DNA from: Desulfurococcaceae archaeon | Lineage (GTDB): Archaea > Thermoproteota > Thermoprotei_A > Sulfolobales > Ignisphaeraceae | DNA length: 24,000 nt | Assembly (NCBI GenBank): GCA_020832925.1 | Contig: JAJHRF010000002.1 | Location: forward strand, 7,425-31,424 | Direction: 5' to 3' | Shown: in pieces, positions 1-8,733 of the stretch | How the letters are laid out: each line of letters begins with the position of its first letter | How positions within the stretch are numbered: position 1 is the first letter of the stretch | The notes under the pieces: generated by a model | Told to the model about the DNA's origin: nothing | Databases searched by the model: none | Seen by the model: only the letters and a program-made list of their open reading frames with translations | Translations under genes and position numbers: made by a program

Positions 1-348
1 CTCTTACCATCTCTATCCCTAATCCCCTACGTACTCTTTATTGAGAAAACGCTAAACCTATCCTATACAACATGGTTATACCTATCATACCTAGCTATAG
101 CGTGTACACTAGCTGCTACAGCTCTCCAAGTTATTGGACAGAGATACGTTGGTGAAGCAACAGCTGCTATCATATATATTCTCGAACCTATTTTCGCATT
201 AATTTTCTCAGTAATAATCTACGGAGAAAAAACAGAGCTTCTAGCTGTTTTAGGGGGTATCACTATGGTTATAGCATCAGCTATAGCTATACTAGACGAG
301 ATTCTGAAACAGAAAAATCTCGATAAAAGTTTATCCGTTTCTAAATAA
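1..348 (+). CDS. EamA/DMT-family transporter, C-terminal part (5' end lies outside the window)
   Basis: Frame 1 is open from base 1 to TAA at 346-348. It translates to hydrophobic helices ...QRYVGEATAAIIYILEPIFALIFSVIIYGEKTELLAVLGGITMVIASAIAIL..., the typical second EamA repeat pattern (PxxA...GE...G). It is absent from the ORF track only because it has no in-window Met start. Confidence 0.6.
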   Translation, partial: LLPSLSLIPYVLFIEKTLNLSYTTWLYLSYLAIACTLAATALQVIGQRYVGEATAAIIYILEPIFALIFSVIIYGEKTELLAVLGGITMVIASAIAILDEILKQKNLDKSLSVSK

Positions 349-366
349 AAAGTTGTACTGGTACGC

Positions 367-1545
367 ATGGCTGAACTAGTTATAAACGTTAGCAACATCA
401 TATCACCTCTATGCTACACAATTCTAAGGCTAGAGCCGTATACTGTATGCCCGTTTAGATGTGTATACTGTTACTCTAGATGGTACATGAAGAACCCTAC
501 TAGGTACCCATACCCAAGATTTAAAGCTATTGGTATGTTCAAAGAGTTTGCAAGGAGAATTAGAAGGAGAGAGTTGAAACCTATACCGTTCAGATTATCG
601 ACTCTCGTAGATCCTTTCCCACCTATTGAACAACTTTATAGAGCATCGGAGAAGATTCTATCTATAGCTATAGACTACGAATACCCATTGATTGTGAACA
701 CCAAGAGTATATACTATAGGTTCAACAGCTTAGAGAAGAAATTGACAACACTACTTGATAAAAAACTTGCAGTTCTACAGATATCGATATCGACTCTGAA
801 TCAATCTGTAGCAGAGGTAATAGAACCCTATGCACCATCCCCAAGCGAGAGGTTGAAGATTCTAAGAGATCTGGGTTCCACAGGTATCCCTCTAGCTCTA
901 AGATTATCACCTTTTATCCCATTTGCATCCCCTACGAAACCTGAAGAAATAGAGAATTTCGCATATCTTTGTAGAGATCTAGGAGTTAAACACGTGATTA
1001 TAGAAAGTCTTAGGATTGAGCAAGAGGTATCGAGGAAATTCTTTGAGATGCTAGAGATCGGGAAAACCGAGGTAGAGGTTGAAGGGTATAGCTTGAGAGA
1101 AGTTAAAGGTTTGAAACCTGTGGTAAGAATTGCTCAAAACTTTAGAAAGGTTATCTATAGACTCTACATGGAGATGCTGAGTAAAGCTGGAGTAGCTTTC
1201 GCAACATGTAAAGAAGGTCTATTCGAACTACATACAGCCCCCGATTGCTGTGGAGTATATATGCTTAAAGAAGGTATTGTTAGGTATACTCTTTTCGATA
1301 TCTATAGGTATGCTAAAGAAACTTCTACTACAATCAATTTACCGATAAACTACACACTAATCAGCGAAATATGCAGGAAATACTCAAGACTATGCATCGA
1401 AAATCTATCGGAATACCCTAAAATAGTTTCAAAAGGGCTTAAACACCATGAGAAAAAGCTTTTGAAGATACTACAAAATTTTGATATTTTAAGACATGTA
1501 GCACCATCAATTCTGAATATCGTTAAAAAACAGGATAAGAACTAG
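367..1545 (+). CDS. Radical SAM protein, SplB-like (COG1533-type 'DNA repair photolyase' family)
   Basis: 392 aa. N-terminal CPFRCVYCY is the CxxxCxxC radical SAM cluster motif, preceded by LEPYTV as in SplB-like proteins. The rest is a TIM-barrel-like alternating pattern. Starts 19 nt after the upstream stop. Confidence 0.75.
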   Translation: MAELVINVSNIISPLCYTILRLEPYTVCPFRCVYCYSRWYMKNPTRYPYPRFKAIGMFKEFARRIRRRELKPIPFRLSTLVDPFPPIEQLYRASEKILSIAIDYEYPLIVNTKSIYYRFNSLEKKLTTLLDKKLAVLQISISTLNQSVAEVIEPYAPSPSERLKILRDLGSTGIPLALRLSPFIPFASPTKPEEIENFAYLCRDLGVKHVIIESLRIEQEVSRKFFEMLEIGKTEVEVEGYSLREVKGLKPVVRIAQNFRKVIYRLYMEMLSKAGVAFATCKEGLFELHTAPDCCGVYMLKEGIVRYTLFDIYRYAKETSTTINLPINYTLISEICRKYSRLCIENLSEYPKIVSKGLKHHEKKLLKILQNFDILRHVAPSILNIVKKQDKN

Positions 1546-1650
1546 CCTAAAATATGGCGAAGGTAGTATATCGATGTACCGCTATATCTTTCTAGTCAAT
1601 ACACCTTAAAATCTGTTAGCTGTATTTCTGAGAAGCTATAGATTAGCTGT

Positions 1651-3597
1651 TTGTATAGGTGGTCTATTTTGGAATCTGTATTCGTTGGCTGTCCTAGGGA
1701 TTGCTACGATACTTGTAGACTTAAGGTTTTTGTCGAGAGCAATAGGATTGTTAAAGTCGAAGCTGATAACATTATTAGCCAAGGGATTACTTGTCCAAGA
1801 GCTGCCAGAGATGTTGATAGAGTTTACTCACCTCTTAGGATTCTATACCCAATTCTGAATAATAGTGGGGTTTTTAAGAAGATTGATTGGGATAACGCTC
1901 TAGAACTTATTGTTAGCAAGTTTCTAGAGGTTGTTGAGCGTTGGGGTGTGGAGAAAGTTTTGTTTCTTGAGTATGCAGGGAATAGAGGTGTTTTAACTAG
2001 ATATGCAAGTAGAAGGCTATGGAATTTCCTAGGTGTTACTCAAAGCGATGGAAGTATATGTGATTTTAGTGGTAGTAAAGCTTTGAGATTTGTCTATGGT
2101 TCTACCTACGGTATCTCTTTGAACGATATCGATAAGCTTAACATGGTTGTTGTATGGGGATTTAACCCAGCTGTAAGTGCTATTCATCTATGGAGAAAAA
2201 TTCTGGAGGTTAAAGAACGTAGAGGAGTTGTATATACAATAGATGTTAGGTTTAGTGAAACTGCTAAACAGAGCTCAAAGTTTATTAAAGTTAAGCCTGG
2301 TTCAGATGGTTATCTAGCTTTAGGTGTTGCTAGGTATCTCATTGAGAAGAACTATATTGATAGAGAGTTTATCGAGAGATACACCTACGGTTTCAACGAA
2401 TTTGTTAAACATCTTGAGAAGTATACACTCGATGTAGTTGAGAAAGTTACAGGAGTTCCTAAAAGAACTATAACCGATTTTACTGAAGATCTTGCTACGT
2501 ATAAACCTTTCGCTATTCTCATAGGCTACGGTCTTCAGAGAAGATATGGTGGTGGAGAGATTGTTAGATCTATATCACTTCTACCAGCTTTAATGGGTAT
2601 CCATAGAGGTTATTTTTATAGCAATACAGATGGTCTACCGATAAACTTGGTCGGTGTTTCAGGGGGTGATAGATGGAGATATAGTAAGGTTATAAGTATG
2701 GAGAAGATAGCTGAAGAAGTTTCCAAAGGTGAGTACAAGTTTATCTATATACATCTCCATAACCCTGCCGCATCATTACCAAACTCTGCTAAATTTGTTG
2801 AAGGTGTTAAGAGAGAAGACGTATTTGTAGTTGTTCATGAAACTCATTGGAGTGATACAGCTAGGGTAGTAGATGTAGTTCTACCTGCTCCAACATTTTT
2901 TGAGAAATTTGATGCTGTTTTCAGCTATAGCCATAACATTGTCTTCCTCAACAAACCTGTTATAGATCCTCTAGGAGAATCTATAGGTGAATACCAACTT
3001 ATGTGCGAAATAGCAAAGAAAGTCGCTAAAGATAGATACTCAGAGATCTGTTTAGATCCATACGATATTCTCAAAATCGCTTTCGGTGAAGAAATTTTGA
3101 AGAAGCTTTTAGACAATGGCTATACATATCTAGAGTTTAAACCTAGAGATAATTATCAAACCCCTTCAGGGAAGATAGAGTTCTACAGCTTTTTAGCAGC
3201 TAGAGAAGGTTTACCACCTTTACCAACACCACCAGAAACAGATACTCAAAACGAAAACGAACTTATCTTGATAACTTCAGCACATCCACTATATATACAT
3301 ACACAATTCGAAGATATATATGGCTCTATACCAGGCGAACTTCACATCAGTATCGAAGATGCGGAGAAATTAAATCTAAAGTCAGGAGATCTTGTAGAAA
3401 TTTATAATGAAATAGGATCAGCTATACTAAGAGTAAAAATTGATCCAGGTATAGGGAAAGGAGTTGCTTGGCTACCTAGACATGCTGTTACACTTGAAGG
3501 GAGAAGAATCAGTATACTAATGGATGACGGTATTGACTTATTTGGAGGAGCTGTACTGAATTCTACAAAGATTAAAATAAAGAAGTTAACCATGTAA
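1651..3597 (+). CDS. Molybdopterin (bis-MGD) oxidoreductase, MopB/DMSO-reductase superfamily, cytoplasmic; substrate unknown
   Basis: 648 aa. N-terminal 4Fe-4S motif CPRDCYDTC...C(P) sits almost at the N-terminus, so there is no Tat signal. Central MopB regions (GFNPAVS, KPGSDG). C-terminal molybdopterin-dinucleotide-binding barrel (ISIEDAEKLNLKSGDLVEIYNEIGSAILRVKI). Start is ambiguous: TTG 1651, or TTG 1669 preceded by AGGTGG at 1657-1662. Confidence 0.85.
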   Translation: MYRWSILESVFVGCPRDCYDTCRLKVFVESNRIVKVEADNIISQGITCPRAARDVDRVYSPLRILYPILNNSGVFKKIDWDNALELIVSKFLEVVERWGVEKVLFLEYAGNRGVLTRYASRRLWNFLGVTQSDGSICDFSGSKALRFVYGSTYGISLNDIDKLNMVVVWGFNPAVSAIHLWRKILEVKERRGVVYTIDVRFSETAKQSSKFIKVKPGSDGYLALGVARYLIEKNYIDREFIERYTYGFNEFVKHLEKYTLDVVEKVTGVPKRTITDFTEDLATYKPFAILIGYGLQRRYGGGEIVRSISLLPALMGIHRGYFYSNTDGLPINLVGVSGGDRWRYSKVISMEKIAEEVSKGEYKFIYIHLHNPAASLPNSAKFVEGVKREDVFVVVHETHWSDTARVVDVVLPAPTFFEKFDAVFSYSHNIVFLNKPVIDPLGESIGEYQLMCEIAKKVAKDRYSEICLDPYDILKIAFGEEILKKLLDNGYTYLEFKPRDNYQTPSGKIEFYSFLAAREGLPPLPTPPETDTQNENELILITSAHPLYIHTQFEDIYGSIPGELHISIEDAEKLNLKSGDLVEIYNEIGSAILRVKIDPGIGKGVAWLPRHAVTLEGRRISILMDDGIDLFGGAVLNSTKIKIKKLTM

Positions 3598-3643
3598 AAT
3601 TTAGATAAATTAAACAGTACAAAAATCTATAGAACAGCTGAAA

Positions 3644-3717
3644 TTACAACTGAAAGCCTCATCCTTTAGGGTGGGGAGGAGGTCAGTAATTTAAGGAAAT
3701 CTTTTAAAATCTAGTTA
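3644..3717 (+). repeat. Copy A of a conserved ~75-nt hairpin element (TTACAACTGAAAG + 8-bp stem/TTTA loop + GGGGAGGAGG + tail)
   Basis: Aligns with 10076-10150. TTACAACYGAAAGCCTC is conserved. Stem CCTCATCC (3657-3664) pairs with GGGTGGGG (3669-3676). The tail similarity ...ATTT..AAGG...CTAGTT.G is shared. Lies in the 188-bp spacer between convergent genes. Strand assignment is tentative. Confidence 0.5.
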
Positions 3718-3785
3718 GAAAGGAAAGTATAGTGCGTTTTTCTATTTTATGCTTGGAGAATAGGGGTTTAGATAGTATTGAAAAA

Positions 3786-4199
3786 CTATTTCGGTATTTC
3801 ATCCCAAGACAGTATGGTGTGAGTGTAAAGCCCTTCTTCATCCATAATTCCGCGTTCTATCTCTGTTATATGGGCATGTTTAGCTTTTATAGATTGTAGG
3901 ATGTACTGAATAGCTTCTTCAGGATTAGATCCTTGTCCACATATATATACATCTATAGCGGCATAACCGTGTTCAGGCCATGTATGGATAGATATATGTG
4001 ATGAAGAGACTATCACTAAACCGCTTATACCTCTAGGTGAGAATTTGTAGAGATGAACTGATCTTATATCCATTTTACCTACTTTAGCAGCGTTGATTAG
4101 TATCTCCTTCAGTTTATTAACATCTTCTAGTATCTGTGGATCGCATCCAGATGCTTCTACTATGTAGTGTAGACCTCTTGTATCCATAGATCTCACCAA
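3786..4199 (-). CDS. Pyruvoyl-dependent S-adenosylmethionine decarboxylase-family proenzyme (SpeH-like; either AdoMetDC or the crenarchaeal arginine decarboxylase paralogue)
   Basis: 137 aa. Self-processing and active-site block VSSSHISIHTWPEHGYAAIDVYICG matches class 1b AdoMetDC (xSHIxIHTWPE...D.y.CG). An alternative start at Met5 is possible. Confidence 0.85.
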   Translation of the reverse strand: MVRSMDTRGLHYIVEASGCDPQILEDVNKLKEILINAAKVGKMDIRSVHLYKFSPRGISGLVIVSSSHISIHTWPEHGYAAIDVYICGQGSNPEEAIQYILQSIKAKHAHITEIERGIMDEEGLYTHTILSWDEIPK

Positions 4200-4249
4200 A
4201 GCTCGTAACCCTATCTAGGTATATAAGGTGATGAAGTCGTTGAAACGTT

Positions 4250-5221
4250 TCAACGTATATGAATAACATCCCCGGTGTAGAATTTCTTAACAGAGCCATC
4301 GCCTAGCCTAACCCTTAGAGCTCCATCTATCTCTATATCCTCTGCAACTCCTTCAAAAACATCTTCTATAGCTATAACCTTAACCTTTCTACCAAGGGTT
4401 ACACACATACTTTTCCAAATACTTAGAACCTCCTCTACTTTTTCGCTGTATATATATGAATAAACTTTGTCTAGATTCTTCAGTATAGACAGTAGTAGAG
4501 GTACTCTAGGAATATCGAAACCTACAACATTTCTCAACGAGATTGCGGATTCTCTAAGTTCTTGTGGAAGCTCGTTATTAACATTAACACCTATCCCTAC
4601 AACAAGATATTGAGTACCTTCACCACCTAACGCACCTTCTATAAGTATCCCTGAAACCTTCTTCTCGTTTACGAGAACGTCGTTAGGCCATTTAATCTTA
4701 GCATCTATATTTAGCAAATTTTTGATAGCTTGAGCAACTCCAACAGCTGTTGTTAAACTTAGTAAGTTTATGTACTTCATTTTAGGAGGTCTAAGGATTA
4801 GTGAAAACCATAGACCACCTCTAGAAGCTATCCACCTCCTACCCATTCTACCTCTTCCACGTTCAAGTTCTTCAGCTACAACAACTGTTCCCTCAGGAGC
4901 TCCTAACCTAGCCATCTCTATCGCTATATCTTGTGTAGAACCGCATACCTCTACATAGCGAACTCTATACCTAAGCTTTGTATCGAGATACTCAACATAT
5001 TTCTGAGCAGATACTAGGTTATCTAGATCTCTAAACCTATAGCTATCACCATCACAAACATCTAGAGGAAACCCTTGCTTCTTCAGTTTCTCTAGCATAG
5101 ATAGAGCTACACCCCTATCTACCCCAAAGTTTTCCGAAATCTCGTTAACAGATACACACCTTATCTTCGTAGCTACGAACTCTACGAAACGTTTAAGTAA
5201 CTCTAAATCATCTCTAGACAA
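4250..5221 (-). CDS. birA: Bifunctional biotin--protein ligase / transcriptional repressor BirA (N-terminal wHTH + BPL catalytic + C-terminal SH3-like domain)
   Basis: 323 aa. Diagnostic GRGRMGRRW biotin-ligase motif, followed by GLWFSLILRP and KWPNDVLVNEKKVSGILIE. N-terminal ~65 aa resemble a winged helix (VSVNEISENFGVDRGVALSMLEKLKKQG). Confidence 0.9.
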   Translation of the reverse strand: MSRDDLELLKRFVEFVATKIRCVSVNEISENFGVDRGVALSMLEKLKKQGFPLDVCDGDSYRFRDLDNLVSAQKYVEYLDTKLRYRVRYVEVCGSTQDIAIEMARLGAPEGTVVVAEELERGRGRMGRRWIASRGGLWFSLILRPPKMKYINLLSLTTAVGVAQAIKNLLNIDAKIKWPNDVLVNEKKVSGILIEGALGGEGTQYLVVGIGVNVNNELPQELRESAISLRNVVGFDIPRVPLLLSILKNLDKVYSYIYSEKVEEVLSIWKSMCVTLGRKVKVIAIEDVFEGVAEDIEIDGALRVRLGDGSVKKFYTGDVIHIR

Positions 5222-5304
5222 TACTCAAACCCCTATACAGCGAAACAACTTATTCAAAACTTATATCTGAATCTTTATCTAAGGTAAACCTGGTGTAAAA
5301 CGTT

Positions 5305-5832
5305 ATGTCTATGGATAGCGAGATCTTTGTTAAATTCCTTTTAACTAGGAGAAGTATTAGAAAGTTTAAGAAAGACCCTGTACCGATAGATCTTGTGAAG
5401 AAGATACTAGATATAGCTAGGTACGCTCCAAGTGCTGGTAATAGACAGCCATGGATATTCATAGCTATTACAGACCCGGAGATCAAAAATAAGCTTAGTA
5501 AAATCCATAGATGGGCATATCCATTAGAAGGAGCTCCGATAGGAATTGTTGTTGCATGTAATAAAGATGTTTCACCAGATTCGTATCTAGTAGACTGTGC
5601 TAATGCTGCTATGTACATAATGTTCGCTGCCCATGCATATGGTCTAGGTTCTGTATGGCTTCAAACTCTTAGAAATATAGAGGATATACAGAAGATCTTG
5701 AACTTACCTAGCAACTATATACCTGTAGCTATGATAGCTCTCGGATACCCCGATGAATCTCCATCTCCCAAACCTAGGAAAGAACTTAAAGATATAGCTT
5801 TCCTAAACACTTACGGAAAAACTTTAGAATAG
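5305..5832 (+). CDS. Nitroreductase-family FMN oxidoreductase
   Basis: 175 aa. TRRSIRKFKKDPVP ... ARYAPSAGNRQPW ... YPDE is the canonical nitroreductase fold signature. Its 3' end overlaps the convergent ecfT-like gene by 9 nt. Confidence 0.85.
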   Translation: MSMDSEIFVKFLLTRRSIRKFKKDPVPIDLVKKILDIARYAPSAGNRQPWIFIAITDPEIKNKLSKIHRWAYPLEGAPIGIVVACNKDVSPDSYLVDCANAAMYIMFAAHAYGLGSVWLQTLRNIEDIQKILNLPSNYIPVAMIALGYPDESPSPKPRKELKDIAFLNTYGKTLE

Positions 5833-6510
5833 CAAAACTAGAACCAGTACAGCGATAGATACAGCTATAAGTATAGAATCTTTTTTACCGCAGAGAAACC
5901 TCGGTTTAATAGGTTCGTAAACTCCGTGGATATATAGCGCCTCTGCAAGATTCAAACTATTCATAACAGAGTAAACTACGAGAGGTTTAACAACTTTGTA
6001 TAGATTCCTCTCCCCAAGCTTAAGCTTAACCGTTGTTATAGCTTCTGAAAACTGTATATATGTTAAAGGTAGTTGAGATAGAGTTAAAGCTACAACAACT
6101 GAAACATCTCTTAATCCTAGTCTAGTTAGCAACCATCTAATCTCTTCAACAGTAAAGAACTGGATAGCTGTAGCGAAAGATAGTACCAGGATAACCATCC
6201 TGAACATAGATATAGTTGCATAGTCTAGAGGTGGAGGTACAAATCCTAGAAATATCGAGAACAACGTTATCAAGAAACCTATGAAAATGAATATGAGTAT
6301 AACTATGAAACCCGATAAAACTTTCTTAAGACCTCCACCAATCCAGAGAATCAATAACTCTAGTATTAGTATAGAGGAAACTGAGATAGCAAGTCTATCT
6401 AGAGGTTTGGGTAAAATAAATAGCAGTATCGATGCAATAACTATAGATAACGTCATTAGTAACCTAGCCGCTAAACCGAATTTCTTAACTCTTCTAGACG
6501 ATAGAAACAT
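5824..6510 (-). CDS. ECF transporter transmembrane (T) component, CbiQ/EcfT-like
   Basis: 228 aa polytopic membrane protein directly downstream of the fused ATPase. Coupling-helix-like segments (LLTRLGL...LSQLPLTYIQFSEAITTVKL and NLAEALYIHG) resemble the EcfT Ala-Arg-Gly region but are divergent. Confidence 0.6.
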   Translation of the reverse strand: MFLSSRRVKKFGLAARLLMTLSIVIASILLFILPKPLDRLAISVSSILILELLILWIGGGLKKVLSGFIVILIFIFIGFLITLFSIFLGFVPPPLDYATISMFRMVILVLSFATAIQFFTVEEIRWLLTRLGLRDVSVVVALTLSQLPLTYIQFSEAITTVKLKLGERNLYKVVKPLVVYSVMNSLNLAEALYIHGVYEPIKPRFLCGKKDSILIAVSIAVLVLVLLF

Positions 6511-6527
6511 GTAGGCGAAATCTCTAG

Positions 6528-7979
6528 CTAAGCTCGATGATTATCACCGTAGAGAAGCTCTTTAACTTTGTAACCAAGATCAAAAACTTCAGGATCTATA
6601 CCCATTTTAACATCTTCAAGTCTACCGTTAGATAGTATCAATGTTCTCAAATCTCTACCTCTGGTATACATAAAGCTAACAACATCTCTATTACTCGTAG
6701 CTACAACTATTGTACACCCAATCTTCAGCAGATATTCAGCTAGAAGAAATCTTTCGTAATATGTAAGCCCTGTAAAAGGTTCGTCAAGAAGTACAATAGT
6801 TTTAGGATCTAAACTATGTATCAAGGATACTGCAAATCTTACCGCTTCACCCCACGACAAAGAGAACGGAGTTCTACTGAAATCTAGATTTAATAAACCT
6901 AGATCGTTAACAACTCTGTTCTTCACAATCTCTATACATTCTCCTCCACCTTTACGTAAACTACATAGAGCTTTAACTTCGTTCTCCAAAGTCTCCTCTG
7001 TATAGAATAGGTATACATTCTGAGGTATGTATATAGATCTCCTATAGATCTTGACGAAACCTTTCCTAGGTTTAAGATACCCAGCTAAAATCTTTAACAA
7101 AGTTGATTTACCAGAGCCATTAGAACCATAGATAACAACTATATCTCCCTCATATATAGAGAAGTCAACACCTTTCAGAATCCACTCATTATCATATCTA
7201 AACCAGATATCCTTAACCTCGGCAACCTTCTCTCTAGAGCCTTTAACAACCTTAGATTCGTTGTTATAGATATAGCTATGAGATTTCGAGGGATATAGAG
7301 AACTTCTATCTATAGGTTCTAGAGAACCGTTCTTAATTACGTAAACCTCGTCAACAAAATCTAGGAGAGGTTTAAACCTATGCTCTAAAACAATAACGGT
7401 CTTCCCTAACCTCTTTAAAATCTTTAAAGCTTCAACAACACTATCCACACCTATATCGTCGAGCCACATCAGAGGTTCGTCGAGGACCACGATAGAGGGG
7501 TTGAATAGCAATGCCTTAACCATCGCCAATCTCTTTAATTGACCGCCGGATAACTCGAATAAGTATCTATTCGTAAGATCCCTAACTTTGAACATATCTA
7601 AGATCTTGTTAACGTATTCGTAATCCACATTACTTGATTTGATGATGCTCAGAATATCGTCTTCAATATATATATTGAAAAAATCTGCATAAGGATTCTG
7701 ATTAACAATTTGAATAACTCTTCTAAGTTCTTCAATATCGTAATTCTCAATTTCTCTACCTAAAATCTTTATAGATCCTCTAACCTCAGCTCCATAGATA
7801 TGCTTAACAGCTCCTGTTAAAGTTCTTACTAAAGTTGTTTTACCAGATCCAGATCTACCAACTATAAGTACTGCATAACCTTGTTTAATACTGAGGTTTA
7901 CATTTCTCAGTACCCAGTTCTCTGAACTTCTATACCTAACCCAGAGATTATCGATCTCTACAACGTTATTTACACTCAA
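6528..7979 (-). CDS. Fused double ABC ATPase (EcfA1-EcfA2 / CbiO-type) of an ECF transporter
   Basis: 483 aa with two nucleotide-binding domains. NBD1 has GRSGSGKTT, LSGGQLKR, VVLDEP and LEHR. NBD2 has GSNGSGKST, LSWGEAVR, VLLDEP and no H-loop His (ATSNR). Confidence 0.85.
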   Translation of the reverse strand: MSVNNVVEIDNLWVRYRSSENWVLRNVNLSIKQGYAVLIVGRSGSGKTTLVRTLTGAVKHIYGAEVRGSIKILGREIENYDIEELRRVIQIVNQNPYADFFNIYIEDDILSIIKSSNVDYEYVNKILDMFKVRDLTNRYLFELSGGQLKRLAMVKALLFNPSIVVLDEPLMWLDDIGVDSVVEALKILKRLGKTVIVLEHRFKPLLDFVDEVYVIKNGSLEPIDRSSLYPSKSHSYIYNNESKVVKGSREKVAEVKDIWFRYDNEWILKGVDFSIYEGDIVVIYGSNGSGKSTLLKILAGYLKPRKGFVKIYRRSIYIPQNVYLFYTEETLENEVKALCSLRKGGGECIEIVKNRVVNDLGLLNLDFSRTPFSLSWGEAVRFAVSLIHSLDPKTIVLLDEPFTGLTYYERFLLAEYLLKIGCTIVVATSNRDVVSFMYTRGRDLRTLILSNGRLEDVKMGIDPEVFDLGYKVKELLYGDNHRA

Positions 7980-8030
7980 CGCAAAACCCTTTACAGCTAT
8001 ATTTAGTATCTTTAAGTTTATTTAATATCG

Positions 8031-8609
8031 CTACTCAATCCCTAACCTCTTTATAATTCTATATATAGCTAACGATAGTGGAGCTATATATGCTACACAT
8101 ATAGCGTTAAACCCTGATACAGCTGGGAGTAAGAATGATATTGTCCAATTGTAAGCAGCTTCAAAACTCCATCTGTATGTCCATACAAGCCAGTACGGAG
8201 CCACTAAGTAGTTGAAGATATTCATCACAGTAACCCTGCTGACCATAGCTATAGCGAACGCTATTAAGCTAGCTTTATTTGAATCTAGTTTCTTCTCAAA
8301 TTTTCTATAGGATAGAGCTAGAGGTATAGCTGTTGAAATTTCTGCAGCTATCTTCATACTTATAGCTATTACGTCGGGGCTGAAGTAGAGAAAAACTAGG
8401 AATAGTACAGGTGTTAAAGCTAATGCTAATGGTGTAGATATCAATGTAGCTACTGCATATGGAACCCCGACTAAGTCAAACTTTAGGAATGTTGCTAAAG
8501 GGTACGGTATTTTGAAAAACCATAGAGGTATAGCTATAGCAGCTAGAGATGATGTTAAAGCTATTCTAACTATTTTCAATACCTGTAATCTATAGCTATG
8601 TCTAACCAT
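8031..8609 (-). CDS. Small polytopic membrane protein, putative ECF substrate-capture (S) component; substrate unknown
   Basis: 192 aa with about 6 predicted TM helices. It is the first gene of the three-gene cluster with the ECF ATPase and T component. The LKFDLVGVPYAVATLI segment resembles the S-component loop-1 region. Assignment rests mainly on size, topology and context. Confidence 0.45.
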   Translation of the reverse strand: MVRHSYRLQVLKIVRIALTSSLAAIAIPLWFFKIPYPLATFLKFDLVGVPYAVATLISTPLALALTPVLFLVFLYFSPDVIAISMKIAAEISTAIPLALSYRKFEKKLDSNKASLIAFAIAMVSRVTVMNIFNYLVAPYWLVWTYRWSFEAAYNWTISFLLPAVSGFNAICVAYIAPLSLAIYRIIKRLGIE

Positions 8610-8733
8610 TTCGATTCCCTAAGGTGTTGATTTTTACAGAATAGTCAATGTTTTTAAAGCTTCTGTTTAAAGGTTATAAAGTTTAAATTTCTAAAACATA
8701 TTTAAATATATCTCCTTATGGAGGTGAGAAACT

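Noticed and set aside
5250-5618. A 122-aa ORF antisense to the nitroreductase gene. Similar antisense or shadow ORFs in the track: 219-401, 722-910, 2925-3116, 3402-3593, 4117-4299, 4770-4958, 6281-6514, 8691-9026, 9346-9540, 11373-11597, 12140-12397, 12854-13063, 17118-17381, 17580-17909, 18755-18943, 18947-19243, 19635-19829, 21587-21805, 22996-23193 and 23603-23797.
   Set aside because: Each lies entirely or largely inside a longer ORF on the opposite strand or in another frame, and that longer ORF has clear family motifs. Their translations are low-complexity or Ser/Ile/Leu-rich with no recognisable domains. They are typical shadow ORFs of an AT-rich genome.
8031-8609. The ECF S component read as BioY (biotin), because birA is nearby.
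   Set aside because: birA is 2.8 kb away and separated by a nitroreductase gene and the rest of the ECF module. I see no BioY-like conserved motifs in the 192-aa protein. The substrate is left unknown.
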